Below are positions 1-13,000 of a stretch of 64,000 nucleotides of DNA, piece after piece. A program made the position numbers and the translations under genes. The notes beneath the pieces were generated by a model. It saw nothing but the letters and a program-made list of their open reading frames with translations. It searched no databases and was not told the DNA's origin. The DNA is from Eledone cirrhosa. Taxonomy: Eukaryota. The first letter of the stretch is position 1. Every line of letters starts with the position of its first letter. The stretch is taken from NCBI GenBank assembly GCA_964016885.1, contig OZ024747.1, forward strand, positions 34,348,001 to 34,412,000, written 5' to 3'.

Positions 1-82
<82 letters not shown>

Positions 83-251
83 TATTTTGGGGCATTTCGG
101 TGTAATGAGAATATCTGCGTTTATCTAGAAGAAATATTCTTTATATATACTGTTCTTTGTGCGGGTGCGATAGTGGGATTTCAACAATTGGTCAGAATAC
201 TATTGAATTACTTTTTATAAGAAGGGTTCTGTGTATGTAACTGTGATGTTG

Positions 252-540
252 GATGCGCGTGTCCTAGTGGTATGGGTGCTTTACTTACTATCATAATGTA
301 GTTGGTTCGATTCTTTGTGGTGTATTGTGGTGTATTGTATCCTTCAACAATGCATTTCATTTCATGTTGCTACAGTGTACTCATCTGAAAATGAGTACCA
401 GCAGCAATAGCTTGGTATTTAATCCTGCCATGGACTAGCGTGCTGTCCAGGTGGAGGTCTTGTACTCTCAGTTACTCAACGACACAGAAACCGAGATAAA
501 CGCTGGCTGGATTAGCCTCCGGTCTCTAAAGAAACTTTAG
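252..540 (+). mobile_element. tRNA-derived CORE-type SINE (Octopus OR-like), decayed
   Basis: A-box-like TGTCCTAGTGGT and B-box GGTTCGATTC, followed by a CORE-like segment (GTATCCTTCAACAATGCATTTCATTTCATGTTGCT...CTCATCTGAAAATGAGTACC). Confidence 0.65.
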
Positions 541-1622
541 TCTTTTGTTTATTAATTTTACAGGTATTTTAGTCTTCTCCCGAACGAGTAATATCATACA
601 GGGTGTTTGTAGGTAGCCCAACCCTCTGAAAAGTATGTATGTTTATGATCAAAATAGTACATTGGTGAAAGGAGAATTAATCATCTCATATATTGATTTA
701 TTTCTTCAAATCTTTAGTGTATTTGCTGATTATATAACTTTATAGAAAGGGAGAACAATCTACACTGCAGACAATGCCATATTGTTTCGAACATTTTCTA
801 CAGGAGAAATGCATAATTGAATCTGATTGTTTGAAAATACAAGCCACAACTTTGAGAGAAATTTTAAATTAGATTCCATCATTGACCTTAGGTCTCAACT
901 ATATAGAACATAATGAATAATATGGTAGACCCAGTTTGCTTGCATCAGGCTACTGTTAATAGTTTAAATCATGTTTTCCTTACTAGTATACGTACAAAGT
1001 TTGTTTTATGCGTTTTATTTAACATGCATTCTTCCAGTTTCATACACTTCTAACACAAACGGTATTTACATCTAGTTCACGTTGGTAGAAATGCTGGGGT
1101 GATTTTTTAATTATTTGTATATTCACGTACAACGTTTTTCTTTTTTTAGTGAAATCATAAAGTGATAATTTATCAACATGGACATGTGTCATAAGCTCAT
1201 CACAAAGTAATATAAGTTGTCAGTTTGTTTACTAGGCAAAGACACAATAGCAGCAATGAATTTGACCTCGGAAGATACGTGAATAGCATAACTACAAGTG
1301 ATGCATATATCTAATCACGAGAAATCTGTTGGCTAATACTTGTCACACTAGAAGGCTCGCTTCGGTCACGAATATTCTTAGTTTTTGCACCTAGAAATTC
1401 CCCTCCCATCATTTTGATGGTGTATTACTATGTTCCAAATCCTCTAATAAAGTAGCCTGGTTATGAAGAAACGATGCTGGAGCTGTGGAATCGTGCTTGC
1501 ATTAATTTCATTCTTATTAATGATTGCATAGTTCCTTTGTAGGGGCTAGGTTAAAAAATAGACCTCATTTAGTCATTCCATGAGTATATCTTGGTCAGCC
1601 TATGAGCCTTTCAGCCAGCCCT

Positions 1623-1660
<38 letters not shown>

Positions 1661-1666
<6 letters not shown>

Positions 1667-2656
1667 AAAGAACACAAGAGCGTCTACAACATCAACACAT
1701 TTTTATTGGCTTACAATGTTTCTTCCATACGTAACCGTAGGATTCGTCAGAGCTATAAAAGGGGTTTGATTGGTGTTATGGACTCTACCAACCAAACATT
1801 CAAGAACAAAGAGTAAAGGGAGTAAAGAGCAAAAGTAGGAGACGATAAGTCTAATTTCGGTGCGGGAGGGTGGGGGGTGGGTCCTTGTTTACTAGCTGCG
1901 GTCATATTCATTCCCGGGAGTCGAGTGGTTAGCTGAACCATAGATGGGGTGGCGTCGATAGTATGGTGCAGAGGGTGTGCAGAGGCTACACAAACACAAA
2001 GGGCATACAATATATATATATGTAACGGAGGAGAAAGTACATGAGGTAATTAGAAATGGAAAAAGAGTAATAATAATAATCTATAATTAATAATGTATAA
2101 TAAGGCATGGGGAAGATTACACTATAATAAGGTATAACAGTAAGAATAAGGTAAAATATAAAGGAGGATAAAAGTGGAAATAATAAAGATAAAAAATATA
2201 TATGTAAAAAAATATATAGAGAATATATAAAGAAATATACGCGAGTATTTGGAGGGGAAAACACAATATAAAAAAAACGATTTTTTCAAATAAAAATTAA
2301 AATATTATAATTATGGGTGGAGAAAACGGGATAGAGAAGTATGATCAAATGTGATTAGTTGATAATAGTTATGTCAAGTTTATACATCTTAATAATAAAT
2401 AATCTGTGTATCAGAGTTACAGAATCTTCAATTCACTTACAGGTTCAAGCCACGTGGCATAGTCCATTGTTTATCTGTGCGGTCATGCGCGTTTGTTTTT
2501 GACACGACAGCAGATGCACAAGTTCGTAAATTCCAATGCAGATAGAAATCTAGTTTTGCTCACCCGGACATTGACGGAGGATCCAATATTCCTAGTTCAA
2601 TATGTGTGTGGTGTTATTTTGGTCGCACAAATCAATCACTTGGTTCAATATTATGG
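1661..2656 (-). mobile_element. PLE 3' fragment/pLTR with hammerhead; direct repeat of 17491-18501
   Basis: ~1 kb near-identical to 17491-18501; both copies abut (TA)n and carry a hammerhead core on the - strand. Confidence 0.75.
1701..1760 (-). ncRNA. Type-I minimal hammerhead ribozyme
   Basis: Reverse complement reads ttttatagct-CTGACGA-atcctacggttacgtatggaa-GAAA-cattg-TA-agccaataaaa, with stems I, II and a short III. Confidence 0.8.
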
Positions 2657-2944
2657 AGTATGGTTTTCTGGTCTTCGTAACAGTGTCAGTGGTTGTATAT
2701 CTCAAAATCACAAGGATCACAGTACTCCGGTTTGGTGTGATTATCGTTCATCCAGTTATGTTGTTGGTGGTTGGATTCAACTCTATTGCCCCGAACGTAG
2801 AACTTGGTGTCGATAGAACATTAATGAGGCAGGGTGAGATCGCATCTGTGGTACAAAACGGTACGCAAGGAAATTCTTCGTCTTCGTTTCATCCGCGTCC
2901 AGCAGTCACGTGCAAGAACCGCTACGTAGTAATTGTGGGGTTAG

Positions 2945-3285
2945 TCGGTCAAGTCAGCAACTGACCGAAAAGTCTCTTAGGAATTCAGACAGGCGTGACA
3001 AGCACATTTAGGTCAGCAGCTTCTTTATGTGTACGTGTGTCCGACACACACAGATACACATTTATATGTATTTCAACTCAACAAACTCAATTGATTCACC
3101 CACTGATACTACAATCGGTCAAGACAGCAACTGGCCGAAAATTCCCTTAGAAATTCAGACATGCATGACAGGTACATTTAGGTCAGCAGTTTCTTTATGT
3201 GTAATTGTGTCCGATACACACAGACACATATCCATATGTATTTCAACTCAAAAAATTTCGTTGATTCGCCTATTGATATTATATC
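2945..3285. repeat. Tandem duplication, ~170-bp unit, 2 copies
   Basis: TCGGTCAAG(T/A)CAGCAACTG(A/G)CCGAAAA...TTGATTC(A/G)CC occurs at 2945 and again at ~3116. Confidence 0.8.
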
Positions 3286-3992
3286 TGTGTTGCTCCGATG
3301 TGCATGTTGTGGTGTTCTGGTCGTGCATAGCATTCACTGTGTTTTCCCATTACCTTGGAATGTGATGTTATGGTCATCAATAGTCCGGCAAGCGCATTTC
3401 TCTCTTATATTGCGGAGAATGGTGTTCTGATCCTCAGTAAACATTTGGGTCAGCAGGAAGGGTGGTGGTTCTCAGTTTCAACTTCGACAATAGATATGTG
3501 TTACTCTACATATCGTGCTCCTCTCAAAGAAGAGTATTATAGGAGGAATTCATGCCAAACACCACATATAGAGAGGATTTCTACAGAAAAGTATACATAC
3601 ATATACACATATATACACGCATCATACACACATACACACACATACGCATACATACATATATTCACATACATGTCACATATACAAATATACACATACACAC
3701 AATATATTACGCATGCATACAATATACATATATATATATACAATATACATGCATACAATGCACGCACACATGCATGCATGCATGCGCACACGTACGCACA
3801 CACATACATATGTCTGTGTGTGTGTGTGAGAGAGAGAAAAGGAGAATACACACACACACACATACACACACACGCAAAAACACCAACCTTGTAGGAGACT
3901 GTTCCACCCTTAGGGTACCTATCTATCTGGGTTACGGGTTGGGGGGAGGGGGAGCTATAGTCTAGGTGGGGGTTGCGTGATATATGTTACGT

Positions 3993-5774
3993 CTATGTGC
4001 TAGGTTTAAAATAGAAGAAGGAACACAGGATTTTGTGTTGGCAAGAGGAGAAAATTTCCGATTTCCTGTTAAGCAGGTTCAGTTTAGAGTGTATTATGGC
4101 ATGGCATTCCAGTAAACACAGGTCACAACTTCCGCTCTGCGGTCGGTATGGTCTGGATCTAGTAAGCTTCCTCCAAAAAAGTTTGTATGGGGTACTATTA
4201 TTTTTTAAAAAAGAGATGTATACCGCCAGTGAGGTGGCATTCTTATGTCTATCCTGTCTAAATGTGCACATGTGCGCGTTAAATCTAGTTTTAAATGTAT
4301 TGGACGTTGCTCCTATATATGTTTTGGTAGAGTTGTGTGTAGTTACGTCACATGCATATACGATGTTTTTCATGAGGCAATCCCCCCTTAGGGGTCAATT
4401 ACTACTCCGCCTACAATTGCAACTGCGGGTTCGATTAGTTAGCGTACCTCCCGAAGTTTGGTTACTAGCATTATCACTAGGTACCTCTATATCATTAGAT
4501 GGCTCATTGATGCTATTATGTTGCCCATTTTCCAGTGTAGTCGGTTGCTGGTGGTTAACTGCCATTTTAATTGCTTCGAAACCTTCCCTAGTTTTCCTAA
4601 TGTTCGTGCGTGCTAGGTGTGATGCGAGGTTAGGTGTGGTCGAATAGGATAATTTAATTACGTTTTTGTTAATTATGTTGCGATATCTATTGCCTGGTGG
4701 GAAGTTTTTTTCCAATAATGTGAAGAATACTCTGGGGAGGTTAGTGAGAACCTCAGAGTTAAAAGGTGGGTTAAAATACATGTTTTTCCTTCTTCTATTT
4801 TTCTTATCTGTGGGGTGAGTCTCGCTACTGTGCGTACTATTTTGTAGGGTTCCGTTATTAACGTTAGTGGCGTCGTCTGTTTTGCTTAAGCCCGGATCGT
4901 TTATATTCATGGCGTGATCATTTACTGTTTTAGAGTTGTGGTGAGGGACTCTAGTATTGTCTTTACGTGGTTTACATTTAGCTGGGTACTGCCATTAGGG
5001 TTCTTACTATTATTCTTGCCTCTAAGTTGGTTAGGCTTTGTGGCCATACTATGTGTGATTATGTTGGTGGGTTTCACACTCATGGTTTGGGAGTCCTTAT
5101 GTATATATGATAATCTACTCCCGTAACCAGATTCTGCTAGGGCCTTGTCATAATACTCTGCATTGGAGTTGAAGATACTCTCATTACAGTACAGTCTGCT
5201 AATTCTATTAGAGACCCCCTTGGGAATAGCGTTTAGGACTGATTTGGAGTGGTTGGAGCTGGCGTTTACATATGTTAGTCTATCGTTAGGTTTATGGTAG
5301 GGTGCAAATGTTTTACTTTCTAGACTAAGGGTGGCGTCTAGGAAGTTTACTGTTTTATCATTTGCATCTATGGTAATACTTAGATTAAAGTTTTTAAAGA
5401 ACCTACGTAATTGTTTCCTAGTTCTTTCTATACTCGAGAGTGAGTAGGGCGTCATCACGGTATAAGCCGCCCTTCAAGTGCGGTAATATCTCATGTAACT
5501 CCTTTAAGAGGTACAATCCTACCAGGTCCGTTACTTGTGCAGAGTCACTAGATCCCATTGTGATGTCGATGTTATTGGGCGTATTCCTCGGATCCACAAT
5601 TCATCCTCAAATGTGATTATCATTTTCCGGGCCACAAGAATGACATCAATTTGAGACCTAGTGAGGTCACTTTTCTGCATGGCCATGATTAGGGCCTTAT
5701 TAAGGAGTATGGGGGAGATTGAGGTGTAGTACGCATCGATGTCGAATTGTATAAATTTAAGGGATTTATGGTTG

Positions 5775-5775
<1 letters not shown>
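3993..5775 (-). pseudogene. Penelope-like retroelement RT-thumb-linker-GIY-YIG, disrupted and 5'-truncated at (TA)n
   Basis: ORF pieces: QFDIDAYYTSI (RT), FLDATLSL/YHKPND..YVNASSNH (thumb), YFNPPFN and CNCRRSSN*PLRGDC (linker), IVYAC...YIGATSNTFKTRFNAH...CDLCLLE...LLNRKSE (GIY-YIG). Confidence 0.92.
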
Positions 5776-5847
<72 letters not shown>

Positions 5848-6087
5848 TATACATATTAATAATAATAAATTTGAAGACTAAAATCCAAAGAAGAACCCGT
5901 TAAGGGTGGATGCAGCGATATTTTGCTTAAACTTTAATCTGTTATTTTAATAAATATATATATATATATATATACATAACTGGTCGGTCAAGGTGATATA
6001 TAAAGATATGAGTTGTATATATAGTGGTAGAACACTGGAAGGTAATATCCGTAGTGGTAGAGCACTCAGTCCATGGGACGAGTTAGG

Positions 6088-6146
6088 TAGAAGTGGTTAC
6101 GCAACAGTTAGTTCACGGTATGGTGAACTAACTGTTGTGTAACCAC

Positions 6147-6152
<6 letters not shown>
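6088..6152. repeat. Hairpin with ~29-bp arms next to (TA)n
   Basis: TAGAAGTGGTTACGCAACAGTTAGTTCAC-GGTATG-GTGAACTAACTGTTGTGTAACCACTTCTA. Confidence 0.85.
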
Positions 6153-6211
<59 letters not shown>

Positions 6212-6232
6212 CACACACACACATACACACAC

Positions 6233-6263
<31 letters not shown>

Positions 6264-6409
6264 GTGAGTATATGTTGGTTGTATACCAACATCTCAGTAT
6301 GAAGATTGGAGCACTCGGCGAAGTGCGCAGGTTGGTTTGGTTAGTCCGGAGTAATGTAAAATAAAATAAAATAAATAAGTCAAATGTTTAAAATTTGGCT
6401 TCGTTTATT

Positions 6410-6445
6410 ACTGCTATATATATTTCGGTGACCTCTTCAGGCAGT
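6410..6445 (-). ncRNA. Ultra-minimal (36 nt) type-I hammerhead ribozyme
   Basis: Reverse complement reads actgc-CTGAAGA-ggtcacc-GAAA-tatata-TA-gcagt; perfect 5-bp stem I, palindromic stem III. Confidence 0.8.
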
Positions 6446-7776
6446 CCGAATTAATGTAGACACCTCTTGGCCATACTTCCCTCAAGCTATTTGGGCAGTA
6501 ACAACACCATAGGTTGGGAACTCCCCTCAAGCCATATGGATCAACCCTGGCTGAGCAGACACAATGAGAGCCTAGAGATGGATTCTGGTACAGCCTTTAT
6601 AATTTGGCCAACATCTTTATAACACACACACATTTTATTTGATTATCCTATTTCGTTTTATTCTTTTACCATCTTGTTCCTCCTACCACTTTATCCAACA
6701 TCTTTCTGACCTTCAGATTGGTTATAGCACAAACACATTTTATTTTATTTGAATCTTCATTTTTCTTTTTCACTCTTCATTTTTACTTTTCTTTTTTCAT
6801 TTTTCATTTTCATTTTTCATTACATTTTGATTAATTTTTCATTTATTCTCTATTTATTATTTATTTTCTGTTTCCTTCATTGTATTGCCTTCTATTTTTT
6901 CATATACATGGCAGAATATGATTATATGCGTACGTGTAAATGTGCATCTATTTGTGCGTATGTATATTTTTGGTTGAATATCAATTTCACTATACCTCTC
7001 TCTATATATAGTGTGGGTATATGCACTTTGTAATCTATGAAATTTATGTGTTTTATCTATGCCAACATGTATTTTTCTGAGTTTGATTATTTATGCATTA
7101 ACATACTTGATAGTATTTTAGAGCGTATCATAAGATATATTATACTAAATGCAATTTACCACACAGTACTATATTGTGTTGGTTAAGTTGTATATTATCG
7201 CATTACTGTATTTCATTATCTTATTATAATTTTCATCTTTTAATATACTATCTTTCCTAGACATAACCTTAATTTATATTCATCTTAAAACTCAATACAA
7301 CACTAATCCCCATTTATTTTGACATTCCTTTTAAATTCACTATACCAGATACATTCAACTATCAGTTTGACAATCCCTTCCCTCCTAAGATATTTTTATG
7401 CCAAATCCACTATTAACCCCCTTCAACAATTCCTTTCAAAGGGTCTTGACCTCAATTAAAGTATATTATTTTTCATTTTATCACCATTTGAAAAAACAAT
7501 TTGATTCGTTAGTTCTTCAACCTTCTCCAAATAAGGACATGATACTAACATACTACTAATTCTGAATAAAATCATTATTGAATAAAATTATTATTGCTTT
7601 TGAAAACAGCTGGTGATATGCATGTAAGTAAATATTCTCTTTATCTGATAGTTTGTAAATAACTTTACATAGATCATTTACTGAGTATAGCTACAATGTA
7701 TTATCATCATCTAGAAACGATCGTAAATCAGCGAAGTATATCTCTAATGACTTGATTTTTTATTTCATTGTTTTAA

Positions 7777-7923
<147 letters not shown>

Positions 7924-7929
7924 CATATA

Positions 7930-9488
7930 TATATAGTAATAATTATAAATTTGAACGTTAAAATCCAAAGAAGGCTCCATAAGTATAAATATATATCAAA
8001 TATATAAGAACCGTAGAGCAAATATTTATTAAAATAACAGATTAAAGTTTAAGCAAAGATTCGCTGCTTTCACCCTTAACGGGATCTTCTGAAACTAACA
8101 AAGTCAATCTGTGAACGCAGAAGTGAATATTTAAAAAAACGTTGCAACCGGAGGAAGACAGGAAGACGATGCTTTGGTTCGTGGAAACGTTCCCTGGCAA
8201 AGAACGGGAAAAAAACGACCCTCTAAGAAGGAATATGACATCACTTTCTGCTTATATCTGGAGTCTAAAAGACAACCACACCCAATATAATTTACACTGG
8301 GTGATACTAGCTAGGGCTAGATCGTATAACGGAAATAAAAGAACATGTGACCTCTGCGCCGGTGAGGCACTGGAAATACTCTACGCCACAGACCACATCT
8401 TAAACAAAAAATCTGAGGCCATTTCGGCTTGTAAACATAAATTGCACAAAACTTTCCTGTATTACAGCCCCACATTATACCCTAACGGATAGTACGTTCT
8501 ATACGCGGATATTTTAAGTCTTGATGTGGAAGCTAAGTATATGTTATGTTTATGCCATTACATATTTGCATAGGTAAGTATATATTACCTGTATGTTTTC
8601 TGAAGCTACGTATACTTTCTCGTATGTATATTTGATTGTATATGTTATGGCGTATATTTTATATATTCTGGTACATATGCTTTTGGTCATGTGTATACGT
8701 GAGTTTTGCGTCTGTGTGAGTATGCGGGTTCGTACGTATGTAGGGTGTGTGTATATGTGTACTTTGTGTTAAGTTTGACGTACGTCTCCGAACATATGTG
8801 TATTTACATGTATGTATCTGTATGCGCTTGTTATATACGTATTTGTTTATTTATATACGTTTATTTAATTATTTGTATACACGCACACACATACGCACAT
8901 ACTTATATGTGCGTTTATTTGTATACATATGGCGAGTGTTTTCACGTATGCTTGTGTATGTACGTATTTGGATGCGTGTATGTATTTATTTAATTTCAAA
9001 ATTACCTCTGTATTTTATTTACTTTATTCTTAACTCTGAAGCCGAGAATCATTCGGTTTCCTAGTTAGAATTTTAGTCTCGACTTCAGTTATACCATTTA
9101 CGTGGTTTTGTCTTTGCGTGCATTTGTTATCCACGTTCCACATATGACTTTTAATTCTTCGTATTTTCCGTTCATTGCAAGAGAACGTCTCTATGAACCA
9201 ATTAAGAGAATATTAGTCAACGACTTATTTTATACCATAAACGTGGTTCTGTCTTTGCGCGTAATTGTTTCTCACCGCCCCAAATAATGACGTATTATAT
9301 TCGTATTTTCCCGTTCTTTGCCAGGGAACGTCTCCACGAACCAAAGTATCGTCTTTCTGTCTTCCTCCGGTTGCAACGTTTTTTGAAATATTAACTTTTA
9401 CGTTCACAGATTGACTTTGTTAGTTTCAGAAGATCCCGTTAAGGGTGAAAGCAGCGATTCTTTGCTTAAACTTTAATCTGTTATTTTA

Positions 9489-9494
<6 letters not shown>
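7930..9494 (+). mobile_element. 5'-truncated PLE: inverted pLTR piece, GIY-YIG C-terminus, 3' UTR/pLTR
   Basis: 8235-8492 encodes TSLSAYIWSLKD...CDLCAGEALEIL...ILNKKSEAISACKH; 8025-8215 is the reverse complement of 9308-9494; both ends lie at (TA)n. Confidence 0.88.
9422..9472 (+). ncRNA. Hammerhead-like motif with variant core CAGAAGA (also 8046-8096 on -, 33105-33155 on +)
   Basis: agttt-CAGAAGA-tcccgttaagggt-GAAA-gca...tgc-TT-aaact. Confidence 0.6.
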
Positions 9495-9558
<64 letters not shown>

Positions 9559-9834
9559 GTATATAGTTAGAAGGTAAACTGGATGAAAGCGCCGAAATAT
9601 CTATGATCTGTAGTAAATACCTGATGAAGGGGTACTTTTCCTCTCTTGTTTACCTTCTAACACTTCGTTTTCAGTAACCACACAGCCTACCTCCTCACCT
9701 GTAATTTTATTTATTTATATATGTATATATATGTGTGTGTGTGTGTGCGTGTGTGAGTGTGTATGTGTATATATACACATACAAACATATATATAGAGTG
9801 AGATAAATGGATATATATATATATATATATATGG

Positions 9835-10420
9835 TGCTTTATTTTATCGACGCCGTAACGATGAAAGTGAAGCCTAACTTTGGCGTGATTTGAACTCAGA
9901 ATATAAAGGGACCGAAACTATTTTGTCCAGGGCTCTACCGATTACTGCCAATCCACAGACCAGTTTAGCTTTTAATAATTGTTTCTACTTTAGGCACAGG
10001 GCCACCAATTCTCAGTACATTACTGGTACTTTATTTTATCGACCTCGTAAGGATGAACGGCAAAGTTAACCTCGGCGGGATTTGAACTCAGACCATAAAG
10101 GGCCGTAACTCTTTGCTGCAAAGCATGTCGTCCAACCCTCTACCGATACTGCCAATTCACCGCCTTTAGTTTAGCTTTTAATAATGTTTTCTGATTTAGG
10201 CACAAGGCTAAGCATTCTTATTTTTCAGTGCTGGGATAGAAAGTCGATTAAATCATACTCGGTGCGTTACTGGTACGATATTCTATCGACTCTGTAACGA
10301 TGAATGTCAAAGCTGACATTGACGTTATTTCAACTCTGAATGTAATGGGACGTAGATATATGCCATAAAGCACGTTGTTCGGTGCTCTATCGATTACTGC
10401 CATTCCACCCATAATATTAA
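9835..10420 (-). mobile_element. Three head-to-tail tRNA-derived SINEs (Octopus OK-like)
   Basis: Repeated reverse complement of CTGAGTTCAAATCCCGCCGAGGTTAACTTTGCC.TTCATCCTT.CGAGGTCGATAAAATAAAGTACCAG. Confidence 0.8.
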
Positions 10421-11259
10421 AGTTTTTCACCAACATTTAATTAAACACAAATACCTAGTTCGAATTTTCAATTGACCACTTTATAAAACACCTACAAAAT
10501 CAATAAGATACAGTTGAATTAGCAGTTCAAAGACCATATAGTATTGTTAGCAACTTCATCTGAGTAACATGAAAAGAAAAAAAGAACAAAAACGAAAACA
10601 AAAGGAAGCATTGAAAAATAATTAATAATCATATTTATTATAAATATTTACACATTTTTATTATTGTTATTGATATTACCGTTATCACTTTCGAAATTAA
10701 TATTTTCTTCTTCTTCTTCTTTTTTGTTTTGTTGTTGCTAACATTAATCCTATAATTATATAATTATTATGATAATCATTATTAACAATGCTTCTGTGAT
10801 TCATGTCTTTGTCATTATGATTATTATAATCATTATGATTTGTGTTCATTTTATCCATCACCATTTTTGTTATTTCGTTGCTTTTGTACTTTAGTTTTTG
10901 TGAAAAATTGATTCCAATTTTGCATCAAATCTAATGTAATGTGAATAACGATATGCATGTGCGAAATTCAATAAGATAAAGATACTAATCACAGACGCAC
11001 ACACATACACATATACACACTCAGATGACTGTGCGTAATTATAATGCTCTTTTTATCCTTGGGGGCTCATAAGGACTTACAAGTCATTAGTGTTTTTTTT
11101 TATTATATATGTTGATTTTCTTGACCTACTCGTACACACTTCTTATTCGCTAATTTGTACCATAAATATAAAACACAAGTCACAGATTCATATCCATATA
11201 AATATCTCCGGCTGTCACCTTTCTGTTATGCTCTCGGATATATTTATGTAAAGGGAAAT

Positions 11260-12225
11260 GGCGGCAAGCGAGTGATTTGGTTATTATGTTTGCCGATAAT
11301 GGAATTTGGTGTTAATAAGTGTGGAGTCCTAGGGACGAGTGAGGTAAATTGAAGAGAAGCAAAGGAACGATATACCAATGGGAGATCGACATTGAAGAGT
11401 GATATATGTATTTGGGGGTTCTGGAGGCAGATAACACCAAGGAGAAAAACTGAAGGGGATCATATCATCTAATTGCATGAGGAGAGTAAAGAAACTACTA
11501 AATACTGCTATAATTGCAGTAAACTCTCCAGCTGTGTCTATTATTAGGAACAGTGTGGGAATTATTAAATGGAATTTAAGGGAGCAAAAAGAACTGGATA
11601 GAAAGACAAGGAAATTAATTATCCCCTACATTATGTTTCATAAGAATGGTGATGTTTATAGAATGTACCTAAGGAGATTTGAAAGTGGGCTGGGTCTATT
11701 TAGCCTGGGAGATTGTGTACAGATGGAGAAGAGTTGTCTATATAAATATGTGACTGAGAGTAACGAACCAATGCTTAAGACTGTAGTGAAGCAGGAGACA
11801 GTAGACCAGGGGATGTTCGAGAAAGAAGTAACAACATGCATGAAAAGGCCCTTCATAGCACCTTTTTAAAGAAAACAGAATTCTGGGATCTACCGACGGA
11901 ACTGCTTAAATAAAAGGGGCCTTAAGAGAGCCACAGAGGAAATATTACTAGCTGCACAAGAGCCAAATCTTAGAACGATGTGTGTGTAACACCGTATTGA
12001 TAAGTAGGAGGCTTGCCCATTCTGTAGGTTTTGAGGAGAGAGAAAGAAAACTGTGGCTCACATCGTATCCGAGCGTAAACACCTATGCCAGGTTCACTGA
12101 GAACATCAAGGACCCTCGAGTACGTCCTGGATATCTGAAGCTGCAGGTAGCGGCGTGAGGTTCATTAAGGTAAATTTTCCGGTAAATAACAACAATGACT
12201 GAGATATCAAAGTAATAATAATTAT
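11260..12225 (+). pseudogene. Old, decayed 3' part of an R4/Dong-type element (same family as 39896-43288)
   Basis: AVNSPAVSIIRNSVGIIKWN...ELDRKTRKL...MYLRR..GLGL matches the intact ORF; same 3' end (CCTGGATATCTGAAGCTGCAGGTAG...AATGACTGAGA) followed by TAA repeats. Confidence 0.9.
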
Positions 12226-12869
12226 ATTCAATAAATGGGATTCTAGACCGCAGTCTATGAAGACTTTTAGATAATTGTGTTATTTGTGTTAGTAGTTGAT
12301 TATGTTTCAACTCTCCAAAGACCTTCAACACATTGTCTGCCTTAGCAAGATTTGAACTCAGAATGTTAAAGAAAAGTAGAAGATATATTTACATCTAGTT
12401 GAAGAAATATTGGGCTAGATGTAAGTGTGCAATAGTGTCTGTGTGTGTTTGTGTATGTTAATGAGTGCGCTGGAATGTATATAATAACAAATGGTGAAGC
12501 TCTCGGCAAGCTAATTGCCTAATAGCAACAGGGCTTGCCTCAGGATACAGTAATAACACTGCAGTCATGAGGTTTGAAATTATGAAAAAAAAAAGTAGTA
12601 AGTAGATAAGAGCTTTAATGTTAGCGGTATCGTACTTCGTAGCTATGAGCATCTTTAAAGAATATGAATTTAGCAGCCATACTACCTACACAAAAAACGT
12701 ATTAATAACATTATTATCTAGAATACACGTTTTCTTATAAGGTATCTTTGGCATTAACGTTTATATAAAACATATTATACATTGTAGAATATCTGATTTA
12801 ACTCATGTGACGTCATTTCATCAATATTAATATTTTCTTGAAGAGGAATAAGAAGGAATTAAAATAACA

Positions 12870-13000
12870 TTGTAGAAGTAGTAGTAGTATTTGTTGTAGA
12901 AGTAGTAGTAGTAGCAGCGAGAGCAGCAGCAGCAGCAGCAGCAGAAGAAGAAGAAGAAGAAGAAGAAGAAGAAGAAGAAGAAGAAGAAGAAGAAGAAGAA
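12870..13000. repeat. Compound microsatellite (TAG)n-(CAG)n-(GAA)n
   Basis: Direct reading. Confidence 0.95.

Noticed and set aside
564-632. Exon-like segment TTTACAG|G...AAAA|GTATGT
   Set aside because: Stop codons in all three frames; no other support
7674-7740. Hammerhead-like CTGAGTA...GAAACGATCGTA (similar weak candidates at 3385-3445, 9585-9660, 21030-21115)
   Set aside because: Core or stem I mismatches; possibly decayed hammerheads but not supportable
9835-10420. Regularly spaced repeats suggestive of a CRISPR array or tRNA gene cluster
   Set aside because: Eukaryotic context; ~200-bp SINE units without unique spacers or a complete cloverleaf; no cas genes
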